The notes under the pieces: model-generated | Seen by the model: only the letters and a program-made list of their open reading frames with translations | What the model was told of the DNA's origin: nothing | The model's database searches: none | In this document: piece by piece, positions 1-13,600 of the stretch | Position numbering within the stretch: position 1 is the first letter of the stretch | How the letters are laid out: each line of letters begins with the position of its first letter | Assembly (NCBI GenBank): GCA_030704615.1 | Contig: CM060732.1 | Span: 63,178,001-63,242,000, forward strand | DNA from: Takakia lepidozioides | Lineage: Eukaryota > Plantae > Bryophyta | DNA length: 64,000 bases | Direction of reading: 5' to 3' | Program-made: the position numbers and the translations under genes

Positions 1-830
1 ACACACCCCAAGGTTTTTAATAATGTGGACAGGTGTTCCAAGGGGTGTTCTGATGAGCCCCAAAAGCAATGGCTAACTTCTCAGTGCTCATTGTGATCGG
101 AAAGAAAAAACTCCTCCTGCCCATCCTTCACATCATGCAGTACTAACTGTGTCGGTGAAGTACTACCCAGCCTCACTCATCTGAAAGACAATCTTCTCAG
201 TTCAGCATGGATATCCTCAAGTTGTGGTACACTTTGTCATCTATGACAAATGTGTGAACCTGGTTGTCCATCTCAGTACAGCTCTTTCCTGGCTCCTTGT
301 TCACACCTCTCTACTTCATTTTTCTAACCTTTGCTCGATCGTCCCACCTCTCAGTTGCGGCATACATGTTTGATAGCAGCACATAAGCTCCAGCGTGCTA
401 TGACTTGGTCTTGCGAATGCTTTTTACCAAATGCTCTGTTATGCCATGAATTCTTCAAGCCCAAAGCAAGGCCCTCCACACCCCAGCATCTCCACTGCCT
501 CATCCAATCGTCCTGAATGGCACCAGATGCTCCACTGTAGGACTAAGGCTAGGATCTCAACTCGTGGGATCAAATAGTGACGGCCTTCAGCCACTAGGCC
601 TGCATGGCTGCATGCAGAGAGAAGAGATAGGAAAGTGATACCATGTGGCGTCAAGCATCCTGTCTCATTCAATATCTGCAGGGCCTCTTACCGCATCATG
701 TCGGGCACATCTGGCGATCACTGCACTCAATGACACCACATTTCACTTAGTACTGTTGTCCAATACCTGATGTGCATCATTCATGCTCCCACATTTGTAT
801 ACATGTCAGCAATCGCAGTCTCCAAATTGA
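1..830 (-). pseudogene. PLS-E-DYW PPR pseudogene, C-terminal part (runs off the window start)
   Basis: Minus-strand fragments LETAIADMY..CGSMNDAHQV, ITFLSLLSACSHAGLVAEGRHY, KEPGKSCTEMDNQVHTFVIDD and HTEKLAIAFG/LIRTPLGTPVHIIKNLGVC, broken by frameshifts and stops. Confidence 0.85.
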
Positions 831-1501
831 TATGAAGAGTTTAGGAATGAGGAATAGGCAGAAAGAGTTATATCTCACTGTGGATCTTTGGAGGCTGTAT
901 CTCCACTTGAGCGCCAACTCGAGTGGCAGTTTGTTTTGGCTGACATTGGTGCCAGACCCCAAAATCCTGGGGCAGAACAAAATTTCTAAGTCTCAGCTCC
1001 TTTGCAGTTTAGCGACTATGGCACACCAGTGACTGAGATGTTTTATGTTTAACAGTCTCCACAGTCTCCGTTGCCAAGGCATGGGTTGAGGAGGTCGAGT
1101 TGAAAAGAGAGCATGGGCTCTCTCCAGCCTGGCACAGTCATACGTAGAAGCTGTCAACATGAAGCAAGATACTGAGTGCTCCCGAATCCATCCAAGGATT
1201 ATTACCATCCCCTTGTGTCTTTCGGTACAGTCCTTTAGTGCCCAGCAGCACAGGATTTTTCTTCATGCCTTCTTTCCTTGAATCTGTGACCAGCTCTTTC
1301 ACCGCTGTACTTTCTCCACCATGTATGTGACTGCTACTGTTCAACAGCATATTTGGATTGTTATGACTACCATTGACAGCTCAGCAATTGTGAAGACTGA
1401 CTCTCACACCAACATGTAGTCATACGGCATAAATAACGAGAATCAGGAGAACTACCCTGGCTTCACGTCTTTAGTTACACACTTCATGGATGTTGCTTTT
1501 G

Positions 1502-4157
1502 TCACCAATAATCTCCACAAGAACAAACCCCGTCCTGGAAGTGATGAATCCGGTTCGCATCCCTTATGACAATTGCTCGACCAACAATCTTTGAGATGAA
1601 TTTGGTGGGAGTGTGGCAGTCACCACACACCCCAAGGTTCTTGATGACAAGGATACATCCCCTAGGGTGGGTGTTGATGAGCCCAGATGCAATTGTCAGC
1701 TTCTCACTGTGGTAGCAAAGAGTAAACTCCCTTTGTTCCACTTCGACATCATGCAATACAAAGCGGGTGTCAGGCACACACCCGGCCTCCTTCATCCGTC
1801 CAGATAGATTTGTCAGCTCCGCATGTATTTCTTCCTTGTGGGTGTGATTTGTCTTCTACAACAAATTCATGCATCCTATTGCCAACCTCAATGCAGCTAC
1901 ACCCCAACTCCTTTCTGATACCTCTGTCACTCATCATTTTCTTCACCTTTGCTTTATCATCCCACCTGCCAGCTGCACCATAAAGGTTCAAAAGCCGAAC
2001 ATACGAAGAAGCGAGGTGTGGATCCTTTTCAAGAATGCATTTTGCAGCACGTTCTGCTAGCCCCACATTGCCATGAATTCTACAAGCGCCAAGCAAGGCC
2101 CCACACAGAAGCACTCGGTTCATCGGAATGTCATTAATGAAGTCCTCTGCCTCATGTAATCGCCCTGCACGGCCAAGAAGGTCCACCATGCAGACGAAAT
2201 GCTCCAGTCCAGGTTTGAGACCATGATCTCCACTCATGGAACTAAGTACTGACAGCCTTCATCAACTAGGCCCCCATGGCTGCATGCAGACATAACAGAA
2301 GTGAAGGTGATGTCATGTTCAAATAGGTGGAGGGCCTCCCTACCACACCCATGCTGAGCATATCCTGCAATCAATGCATTCCATGAGACCACGTCTCATT
2401 CGGCCATTGATCCTCTAGGCTACCACATTTTTGGTACATGTCAACAAGGGTAGTCTCCAAATTACCATATGATGTGATTCCAGCTTTGATGATGTCCGCA
2501 TGGACCTGCTTTCCCCTTTCCAGAACTCCCATGCTGGAACATGCATTGAGAACGCACATGAATGTGACCTTGTTGGGTGGCACCCCTTCCAACTGCATTT
2601 GCTCATATACTTGGAAAGCTGCTTCACCATACCCATGGTTAACATATCCTGCAATCATGGCAGTCCATGAGACCACATCTCTTGCACTCTTTGGTCAAAC
2701 ACTTCCCAGGCATCCTTTACACTCCCACATTTGGCATACATGTGAATGAGGGCAGTGTCCAAATTTACGTTAGACGCAATTCCAGTTTGATGATGTCAAT
2801 ATGGACCTGCTTGCCCTTTTCCAGGGCCCCAAGGCTGGCACATGCATTGAGAGCACAGATGAAAGTGACTGCGTTGGCATCACCCCCTCCCATTGCATTT
2901 GCTTGTAGATTTTGAGAGTCTCCTCACCATGCCCATGCTGGGCATATCCTGAAATCATTGCATTCCATGAGGCCACAGTTCGTTTGGCCATCTTGTTGAA
3001 CAGTTGATCTGTAACACTTCCGCACTTGGCATACATATCAATAAGGGTTGTCCCCAAAATAGTGTGCGACATCATTCCAGTTCTGATGATGTCAGAATGT
3101 ACTTGCTTGCCCTTTTCAATGTCTCCTAGCATGGCACACACATTGAGAATGCAAATGAAGGTGACATTGTCTGGCGCCACTAGTTCCTTTTGCATTTGCT
3201 CATAGCATTTGAGAGCTTCTTCACCCTTCATGCTGAGCATATCCTGTGATCAACAGGACGTCACGTTCCATGAGACCCCGTCACGTTTGGCCATCTCGTT
3301 GAACACTTGACGCGCATCCTGTATGCTCCCACATTTTGCATACATGTCAACCAGGCTATTCTGCAAATAAATATCTGAAGCACTTCCAGCTTTCATGATG
3401 TCAATGTGGACCTGCTTGCCCTTCTCCAGGGCTGCAAGACTTGCACACGCATTGAGAACGGGAACAAACGTGACCGTGTCCACTATCAGCCCTTCCCTTT
3501 GCATTTGCTCATACAGTTTGAGAGCCTCTTTATCATCCCCATGCTGAGCATGGCCGGCGATCATTGCACTCCATGAGACCACATTCCGTGTAGCCATTTT
3601 ACTGAACACTTGACGCGCATCCGCTAAGCTTCCACATTTTGCATACATGTCAACAAGGGCTGTGTCCACAATAAGGTCCGACCCAATGCCAGCTTTAATG
3701 ATGTCACCATAACCTGCTTCCCCTTTTCCAGATTCCCCAGACTGCCACACGCATTGAGAACGCAAATGAACGTGATTCTGTTGGGCGAGGTGCCTTCCCA
3801 TTGCATTTGGTCATAGATTTTCGAAGCCTCCTCGGCACGCTCGTTCTTGGCATATCCTGCAATCATCGCATTCCATGAGACCACATTGCGCGTAACCATT
3901 TTATCAAATACTTGACGTGCATCCTTCACGCTCCCGCATTTTGCGTACATGCTGACAAGGACGTTCATAACAAAAATCTTCGGCTCAACTTTACTTTGAG
4001 TAATATGGGAATGCACCTCCCATCCCTGCGCCAGGGATTTCATGTCGATGCACTTTTGCAAGAGGCAGACATAAGTGTCGGAACCAGCCAGAACGCCTCC
4101 TTCGTCCAAAACGAGAAGTGCATCCTTCACTCTCCCTTCCTTGCACAGATTCCTCAC
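1502..4157 (-). pseudogene. PLS-E-DYW PPR pseudogene, full-length architecture with many frameshifts
   Basis: Consecutive ORF fragments 3624-4157, 3250-3801, 2770-3240, 2371-2676, 1770-2237 and 1502-1795 give LCKEGRVKDAL, repeated L-S-P motifs (MYAKCGS..DARQVF, VVSWNAMIAGYA), E1/E2, HSEKL..CGDCH and a terminal CSCGDYW, in different frames. Confidence 0.93.
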
Positions 4158-4627
4158 GTCCCTAAAATGCCACCTTTAATTCTCTGTCCTCCTTGACCTG
4201 CCATAACATCAAAAGCTGTGGTTGTGAAGGAGGTGCTACGCCATCTCCATCTCCATCTCCATCTGCAAGTCTGACGTGCGAGAAACATGGTCCCCTCGGA
4301 GGGGACCCTGCCATCCTCGCCCAAAACTTCTCATCGAGCCGTTTGATTCAAAATATCTCAATGCTGCCAGGTTTAGCCAGAAAGTCTTTTTAAAAAATGA
4401 AAAAGGCGAAACTGGCCAAGACCGGGGGCCACGCAAGCCGATAAGAGAGAGACAAAAGGAGAGAGAGTGAGGAAGAGAGGAACAAAGAGAGTTAGGGTAA
4501 TTGCGGAAGATTGTGAGATGGAAGGCCATGGCTTGCGAGGTATTGGATCTGCATTGGTGAGGTAGGGGCCGGATTTTTGTGAAAAGGAGGAGATAGAGGA
4601 TAGAGAAAAGGAGTCTGGCTTGGAGGA

Positions 4628-7600
4628 ATGGGGCGAGGACGGGGGCCCAATACGGCCGATTCCTACATAGGCAGCCTCATCAGTCTCACATCTAAGAGTG
4701 AGATTCGCTATGAGGGCATTCTGTACACTGTGGATACCGAGAATTCCAATATTGCGCTGCAAAATGGTGCGTGTCTGTCCTCTTCGTCTGTGTCTTTAGA
4801 GGTTTGGCTAATCATTCTTACTGTTTTGTTGTGTTTGTTGAAGTGGCAAGGTTGTTTGGAGTTCTCCGATGATGGCTGGTCGGGAGGGTTTGATGGTGGG
4901 GGAGGGGTCTAAGAGTCCGCTGGGGTTTGCATCCAGTTAGGGTTTCATGTTTGTGCTGAGAAGGAACGATTCTGTTATGATAATCAAATCTTATGGTCCA
5001 GCCTTGAAACTCTGCGCTGCGATGCAGTCTTCGTTGTCTTCGTATGGAGCTTGATGTGATCATCGGAAGTTGGGGGTTGAAAGTGTCATGCAAGGTGGTG
5101 TTCAGGGTGCCTGCAGTTTTAGCACCAGGGCTTCATGAAGTCTAGGTTGACAGTGTCACGTTTCATGACTGCTATGGTGCTTGAAGTTTTCTCGTTTGCT
5201 TCATGACACGCCAAGACTTTCACCCGGAGTTCTTTGCTGGAGCACCCTGACAAGTAGTTCTTCAGTTCTTGTCTTGCGCTAGATATCTAGATGTGCGGAG
5301 TTCCTTTTGTATAAGTTACTTGGTAGCTTCTCTTTCTCAGGGTCTCATGCTATGGTAACAGGACCCGATTGGTGGGGAAATCTTTTCTTTATGCGGCTGT
5401 TTTCCTACTCTTCCTAGACCCTCGAATCTGTGACTTATATGATTATGTATTTGTTAGGCACAACTGGGTTCTTTTCGTTCTTGTCTCAAGCGCCAGTCTC
5501 TGTGTAGGTTCTGTCAGACAGTCTTATACCATACTTCCAAAGCAATCTCTGTGTGAAGGAAAGCAAGGGAAGGGTAGGGAGAAAGTGCACATGTTTTGCC
5601 ACACTTGATTTTGGATCTGCAGTTTTTGTATGATGTGTTACTTTGTTTCAGTCTGTTCTCACTCCAATGTGCATAAGTACTTCTGCAATTTTCTAGAAAT
5701 CATGTTATGGATCCATCTCAGAAGATGGGATATCAGTCAATACCTGGTTGTTTCTAGTTGGCTCCTTCAGTCCCCTCTCTGTAATTGTCTTTGGTTGAAA
5801 GATATTGCGTTCAGCTGTACTTTGGTGTTACCTACTTTGGGTAGCACACGGTAACATGTTAGTCTTTGAACCTTATGAGCTGGTGTGTGATTGAAAGTTG
5901 TTGATCTGTGTTGGGACTACTGATTTCCACTTGGGTTAATTCCTTTGTTCCCCTGCCAAGTGAAGTGACTCTCAAATAAGATTGGTTAGGGTAAGTAGAG
6001 TATCTCTTACGTGTGTCTTTGTATACACAATTTGAGTTTACCACGAGAGTGGTATAAGTATGCCAGTGATCTCTGGTGTTGGGGGACAGCTGATTACCCG
6101 ATGGAGTGCTTGTAAACAGTTCTGGATACATGCCAACTGGAATCATAAAGTGTCATTCTGACTGCAGAATTGACTGTGCCTGAAGTTTGTCTCATTGCGT
6201 AGAGTGCTTCTTAATACAGAGGAACCAACTAGTTAACAAGTTGTCACTGGTCACTTCTTCCTAGGGTCCTTGCATAGAGGGCTCATGTCATTGGTTTTCA
6301 TTCCATGCATGTGTAATGCTAGAGATCACTAATGTTCCGTGAAATAAACTATGGAGAGGAATCGGTGCTGCGTCAGAGACTTCCGCATAAGCCAAGGTGA
6401 TATTTTACTTGCAACAAAGCTTGCTGCTGACCTATGGGAGATGGGTTGCTTGCAGTACGTTCGTTTGGGACAGAGGGCCGCAAGAAGGACGGGCCCCAGA
6501 TCCCTGCCAGTGACAAAGTCTATGACTACATCATTTTCCGAGGATCTGACATCAAGGTGGATATCAAACTTCCAGACATTCTGCCATGTGGGATAAATTT
6601 AACAGATGGTGCTTACATATGGCCATCATGCAACTGTGTTGAGATCAGCAAGGGCGTAATTATAAATTACTCCAGCCCTTCTTTAGCAATGGAAGGTCCA
6701 AGTGATCCATGAAACTTACCAACTTGATGGTGATAGTGGGTACTCTTTGTTACCTGATGTGAGCAGGATTTGCAAGTGAAGTCGTCACCACCACTGCAAC
6801 CGCCACCACCGCCACAACCACCTACTGACCCTGCTATTATTTCACTTCAGGTTAGCTGCCTTGCTTCGCTGGATTCCTTTGCTTTCCCTTTACAGTCACT
6901 TACAATAGTCTGTTCATTGCTCTGCCCATTGCTTTCCTGGCTTTGCCTTGCTGCAATGGTCCTACAAAGATTTCATTCTTGGAAGTAAACATGAAGAAGT
7001 AATCCATAAAGACAGAAGTTCTGAGTGCGTGACTGCTGGCAGTTCACCATGTGATCGATGGTTTGTGCTGATGGCTTTTCTGTGATGAAGTCCATGAACC
7101 CTAATGTCATTGTAGGCTCTTTGTGAGAGTCGGTTCCGATTTTGAGCTCAATGTCTGTAGCGTTCAATGTGCTTGGAGGCGTGCTTATTATTTCTTCACA
7201 CCTGTGTTCTCACACACTTAACACATGTTCGAAAGATCTACTAATGTGGAGTGAGGCTGGATTTTGACATGGGCATTGGTGATTATGTGGTTCAAGCAGT
7301 CCCAGACCCAATATCCGCCACCATCCTCAATCGGGTCATCATATAATGGGGGGTTGCCATCAGTGGGCTCATCGTCAGACACAAATGCTCCTCCCCCATA
7401 TTCTGGAATGCCACCCTCCGCTTTCCGGGGTGGGGTGCCATCTCTTTACCCATCTGCTGGCATGGGATCATGGGGTCCTCCACCTCCCCCACCTGGGGCC
7501 AATGGAACTGGCTTAGCTATGCCCATGTACTGGCAGGGCTATTACAGGCCACCAACTGGGCACTTGCAGCAGCAGCCTTTGCCACCGCAACCACCACCAT

Positions 7601-10600
7601 CGCTGGCCCCCCCACCATCTCATCAGCAGCTGCCACCACAGCCTCTCCAGCCTCTGCACCAGCAAGTGCAACAAGTTGCTCGCCCTTCTGGACTAATCGC
7701 TGGGCCCCCACCAGCCGCAGCACCAGTTATGGCAGTTGCCCAGCCACAGCTACCGAGTCCGTCAGCAGCAAGTGTGGCAGCAGTAGCAGCACCGGCGCCT
7801 TCAGCGCCGGTGACAACCTCTCCTCAGGGATCAGTTGCTTCAAGTGCTGCCACATCAGCAACTCCTTCAAGTGCAGCCACTGTGTCATCAGTTCCAGTGT
7901 CAGCTGCTACTAGTGTGGCATCATCTGTTCAAGGAGGTGTGAGTGCTGTGATCACACCAGCAGCAAAAACCCCTCGTCGTATAGTTGGGCCCATGCACCC
8001 AGCTCAGCCACCAGCACAACAATCTGTAGGGAATTCATCTCAGGGAACTACGCAGACGACCTCCACGACAACAGTGCCATCATCCGCAGCTGTAGCACGC
8101 CCTCAAACGACCATTTCACAGTTGCCTGGAGTACTTTCTGCACCTTCAAAAACTCTGGCATCCAGCTCACAGACACTACCAAAGCTGGAGCAGAAAAATT
8201 CAGAACCTGCCAAGGTAGCTGGCCAACCCATGATATCAACGTCCGCACAGCCGCCTCAGCAACAGCAAGTGACCCAACCTTTGCTGCCGCTCCCTTCGTC
8301 ACAACAAAAGCAGCCACTTCAGGTCCTTACCCATCCCTTTCAATCTGAGTTTGTGGAGTTAGGAAATTTATTGAAGTGTTTGTAAATAGCTATTTGTTTT
8401 GGCATTCAATCGAAGTATTTAGCTGTTACGGTGACGGGAAGACTGATATTAGAATACAGGACAGGAGTTGCTTCTGCAAATGTGCCTGTATTCTGAAACT
8501 TGGGGTAGCCATCTTGCAGGCTTATGGTCTTAAATCTTGCTTGTTTGGTCTAATCTGGGAGTTGTGATGAACCTATCTTGGTTCAGTGATAGCATTTCTG
8601 ATGTATGCGGCTCAGAAGGTGAGGCAAAAAAGGGAAGGTGGTTGAGTTGTATTCTCAGTTGCAGGAACCACCTTACTCATGTCCAATGGGTGGTTTGAGG
8701 CTAGTGTGACATCATATTGCAGACTCAACTCCTTAACTTTTGACACTTTCTGTGTCAACTTGAATGGTAATACAGTTTGAAGTTTTTTGAGATTCCACTC
8801 TATACTGATCGGATGTTGATATAAGCATTGGAAGGGAAAGTGTGAAGAGGTAGCCATCGTTGAGCATCATTAGGGTCCTGACAGAAATACTCAAGCCATG
8901 GAGATGGTCAATTTGGTTGAATCCTCTGAAATTGAAGTTCAAAGTTGTATTCCATAAAATGAATACAGAATTTCCCAAACGGTCTGGCACATGACCATTT
9001 ACCGCCTCCATACGGTTATGGCGCATTTTGAAAAATCATCTGTGCAGTGGTGTAGTGAGTGTGCTAAAGCCTGATTTTGTGCAACCAGCAGCGTGGAGGC
9101 CATGGCGTAGCCGTTGGCCAAAGGAATCGGTGGCAGGTACTTTACAGAGTTGCAACAACATTCGATACTTGTTTCCCCTTTTTGCCAAGGCTTTCCCATT
9201 GCTGCTGGCTCTGGATGCCCTGCTTCTTTGGACCTTCAGAATTACGGTCGTCCGTCAGACAGCGTGGGAAGCCTGGGCTGCATTAATTGCCCAAAATAGA
9301 GTGTAGGATAAGGCTGTTGTTTTGTAATCTGTCTGCAACATGAAGGTGGGTCATCTTAAAAGTTCACCCTCTTCTGCTTTGGGAGAAGATCAGAGTCATG
9401 TAGTTAGGTACTTGTCATTGTTGAAACATCTGTGGTATCAAGGAGGTGAGGAGATGCATGTTTTCTGTGTTTGGGATCTGTGCAGGGAAACGGTGCCACA
9501 GGTAACAACAATTACATGCGGCGAGGTAGGGGGAGAGGCAGCGGAAGTGGGAGGGGCATTGGAGTAAGATCATTATCCCTGCAATGTAGTGGGGTTTGTA
9601 GCCTTTCTTAGTGAAAGGCAAGCTTGCATCTGCTTGGATTTTCTATAAGTGTTACTCTCTAGCCAGGGTTAAGCTTCCAATTGTTCCAGATACAGTTTGT
9701 TATAAGCAAATGGGAACCTTCATTTTGTTGGTGGATTCTATATGTGTGAAGGAGATGACCTGAGAAATTACGTTCCCCTGACATCCACCTGACAGCCGTG
9801 GAGATCTTTGTAATGTACAGCCTTTATGTCCTAGATATTAGAAGAGTAAGGTAATTGATTATAGGTGTGTGTATATATTGTACTCATAAGACGTTGTTTG
9901 CCGTAGCCTTGTGGCCATTGACCCCGCGCCCAGTTTGAGCGGGAACAAAAGGGACAGAACCTACCTCTGTCAGGGGCTGACGTTGGTAGTGTGACTTACC
10001 ATCATATATAGAATTAATCCGGGTTTTCCAGATATCCTCTAGAAATCCCTTCACACAAGCATCAATCTGCTGTGTGTGATTTGCTCAAAAACTAGGCCTC
10101 AGGAGGGCCTGGGCTTTTGGCTCAGCCTCGAGACTTTCAAATTTGTTAAACAGGGGAACAGGCACAATTCCCTTGATAGAGTTGAAGAGAGCGTCTCTTT
10201 GGTGAGAGAACCCCGGACAGTGTATCAGAAAGTGAATACTGTCTTCAGATTGCCCACACAGCGGGCAATCGCACTCTCCCTTTCCTCTCTGCTTCTGTTT
10301 GCTGTTCAAAGGTAGGCTTCCTGCCCTGAGTTTAAATTTCAGTCTAGTGCCGAGAGTGGGTAGACCCTTGAGGTCATCCAAGATGTCCTCCCCCATGTCA
10401 CTGACTGGAAACAAGTTCAGGGAAGTTTTCTGCCTAACTTCATTTTCATCAGACAATCTCATGGCAACAGACATGGCTGAGGACACTACAGCCTCTAAGT
10501 CAGATTTATCCAGCAGGGTCAAGGCTTGCGGATCCAGGTCCAGGTCCTTGAGAATCTCTTCTACTCTCTTCTGCCAGGACTTAGCCTGTTTGACAGGGCG

Positions 10601-13600
10601 GTCCTGTTTCCAAAGATATAGTGTCGATTAACTTAGGATATCTGGTGTTGGGCATATGTTGCAGCTGACCCCACCATCTGACCTTGAATTCATCTCGTCG
10701 GGAGCTTAAGGACGGAATGCCAAACTCACCCCGAACAGCCACATTGGCTGTTTTGGAGCATGCTGACATACACTCCTTAAGCACCCCCACTTGAATGGAT
10801 TCTAGAGACTTAGCCTGGTTGGAGTTATCAACCCATATAGCAGATCCGTACTCCAAGGCAGGTCTAATAACGCGACAAAGCATGGTTTTCTTAACCTCAG
10901 AGTTGACCCCTCTGCAGTGGAAAAATTTAGTGAGCCCCAGAGCTTTGCCCTTGCCAGTTTGAACAACTTTCCGGATATGTGCATCCCAATTACAATTGGA
11001 GGAAAACTCAACGCCCAGGTAAGTGTAGGAAGGGAGGACCGGGATCTCTTGCCTACCCCACTGCCACTTAAGATCACTTCCTCCCTCTCCTCTGTCGTTG
11101 AATGCTACCACTGCACATTTGCTGACATTAGCCTCTAGCCCCCAAAGATCAAAGTATCTCTTTGCGCAATCAATCAACTCCTGGAGATTGGTTGGAGTCT
11201 CCCCTATGCCTGCGAAGTCATCCGCAAACATAAGGGCTGGGATGGTGGTATCACCCACCCTTAACCCAAATCCCTCACTTTCCACATCCTCGAGGAGTTG
11301 ATTGATGAAAACATTGAAGAGCAGAGGGGAGAGAGTACATCCTTGAGCTACACCTTGGTCTATGTCAAAGAAGTTGGACTTCTGTCCGTTAACAGTGACA
11401 CAGCTTTTGGTGTGAGCATACAAGTTGTGGACAACTCTCCACATCTTTCCCTTGATCCCACAAGACCAGAGGCGGAACCATAGGCCATCTCTCCACACTG
11501 TGTCATAAGCCTTTTTGACATCCAGGAAAAAAATATAAGTGGGTTTCCCTTCTTTTTTCCTTCCCTGGATAATCTGGCTTAGAGTGAAGATATGATCCAC
11601 ACAGCCCCTGTTTCGCTGAAAGCCAGCTTGGCCTTCGTGGAAACAACCTCTAGACTCCAGATCAACCTCGAGACGAGTACTTATAACTCTGCAGAATGTC
11701 TTGCCAACAGCATTGAGGAGCGTGATGCCACGGTAGTTCCCCGGTTCTTCTCTGTCACCCTTCTTGTATAGATTGACAATGACCCCCTGTCGCCAGCGAA
11801 AGGGGATCATTTCAGTCTTCCAGATAAGGTTAAAGAGGGAGAACTAGGGCCTCTATCATGGGATCGCCACCGTGCTTGATAAGCTCGTTGACAATACCAT
11901 CAGGTCCACCAGCTTTATATCCATTTAAATGTTCAATTGCTTCCACAATCTCAGAAGAACTAATGGGAGCATTATAAGCCATTGAAATATACTCCAGTTC
12001 ATCAGGGCTGTTTTGAATCATAGGAACAGTTTTTCCAACTGTGTCCCTCCATTCAGCAGAAGACCCCTCACTGTTAGACCTAGAAGTTCTGCCAAGGATA
12101 CTGTAGTGAGTTTCAAAGGTTTTGACAATGTCAACCGATGAAGTCACCACTGCACCTTTAGTAGTCTTCAGCGCTTGTACTTGTTGACCGTTTTTCGGCT
12201 TGTACAAACGTTGAAGGGCCAACCAGAATTTCTTGTCATTACCACCATGGTGGTTTGAGTTTATTTCACTGTATAACTTCCCAGTATAATTTCTTCTGAG
12301 ACCTAACAAGCTGATTGATATCTTTACGGAGCTGGTAGTACCTCGCCCACAATTCTCCGTTGGTTTCCAAATTGCAGCACTCTTTATAGAGGGCTTGTCT
12401 CTCAGCTATCTTGAGTTTAATCTCATTGGTCCACCAATTAACTGCTCTACTGCAGACAATTAGTTTCCTCCCAATGATCTTGTCACCGAAGGAGGAAACG
12501 AAACTCTCCCAAGAGTCCACTGCTCTTTCGACTTCATTTCTTGCGTTAACAGAGCGTGACTGAAGTTCTTGGAGCGATTGGACAAAATGAGGGAGAGCCT
12601 CTTGCAAGGCCTGGACGTACTCAGCCTTGACCTCCTCATTATGGAATTTTTCTATGCGCCACTTCCGAATCGAACGTTTCACAGATCTCTTGGTGTTGGG
12701 AAAACACCTTTTGATCTCAGTCCAAACCAGGAAGTGGTCAGAGGTACCAATATCAGTTCTGTCGATCACCACATTGGCACACTGGGGAAACAAATTTTTG
12801 TCCATTATGATATAGTCCACAATGGAACGTTCCCCAGTTTGGGATTTCTCACGAGTCCACTGCACTTGGTCACCTCTTGTCCTGTTATTCAAGGTCAAAA
12901 GCTGAAGCTCTTCTAGACAGTAATTAACCGTCTGCCATTAGAATTCAGCTCGTCCTCACCAAAAGGTCCAATGATATCGTCCTAATGGATCCCTTTGCCC
13001 ACCCGGGCATTGAAGTCCCCCAATAGTACCACCTGACCTTTGGCAAGGAACAAAGCACAGTCCAGCTTTACATCTTCGAAGGCTTTGTCTGCGTCAGCAC
13101 TAAGGGTCCCCTCTGTGGGCATGTAAACACAACCCACAAAGAGGTCCTTTGTACTCATGCTGCCCTTCAGATTCAGTTTTAGCCAGATACTATGCTCGTA
13201 CCTCAAACCCTTGTTGATAATTTCACAATTGTCAAACAAGAAATCACGGATAAAGAATCCAACCCCTTTTTGACCGCGTTTGGCAGAGGCTGCCTTGAGA
13301 GTATACATCTTACCTGCCCATTTATAACCAATGACATCTCCAACCAGTTTATCCGACGTTTCCCATGTTTTTTGCCCAGCACAGATATGAATATCATTAA
13401 TCCGAAGAACTTGTCCCACTTCGAGTTGTTTCCTTTGGTTGGTCAACCCTGAGAAGTTGAAAGTGGCCAGCCGCAAGCCAGCCCTTTGCATGTGAATTGT
13501 TTGTTGTCTAGGTAGCTTGTGATTGCTCCTGGACGGCCAACCGTTCTGCAAAGGGTGGACAGTTACCCCATGTGTAGATTTTGCTCGTCTTGTGTAAACT

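Noticed and set aside
4518-4565. Short upstream ORF before DCP5 (MEGHGLRGIGSALVR)
   Set aside because: The TSS is unknown and there is no conservation evidence, so it may lie outside the transcript.
9880-9930. Hammerhead-like words (GCAAAC..GTC..TTATGAG; CTGATCAG in one copy) at the LINE 3' end
   Set aside because: No stem I, II or III pairing can be built, the core is not CUGAnGA/GAAA, and the words are explained by the last codons and stop of the ORF.
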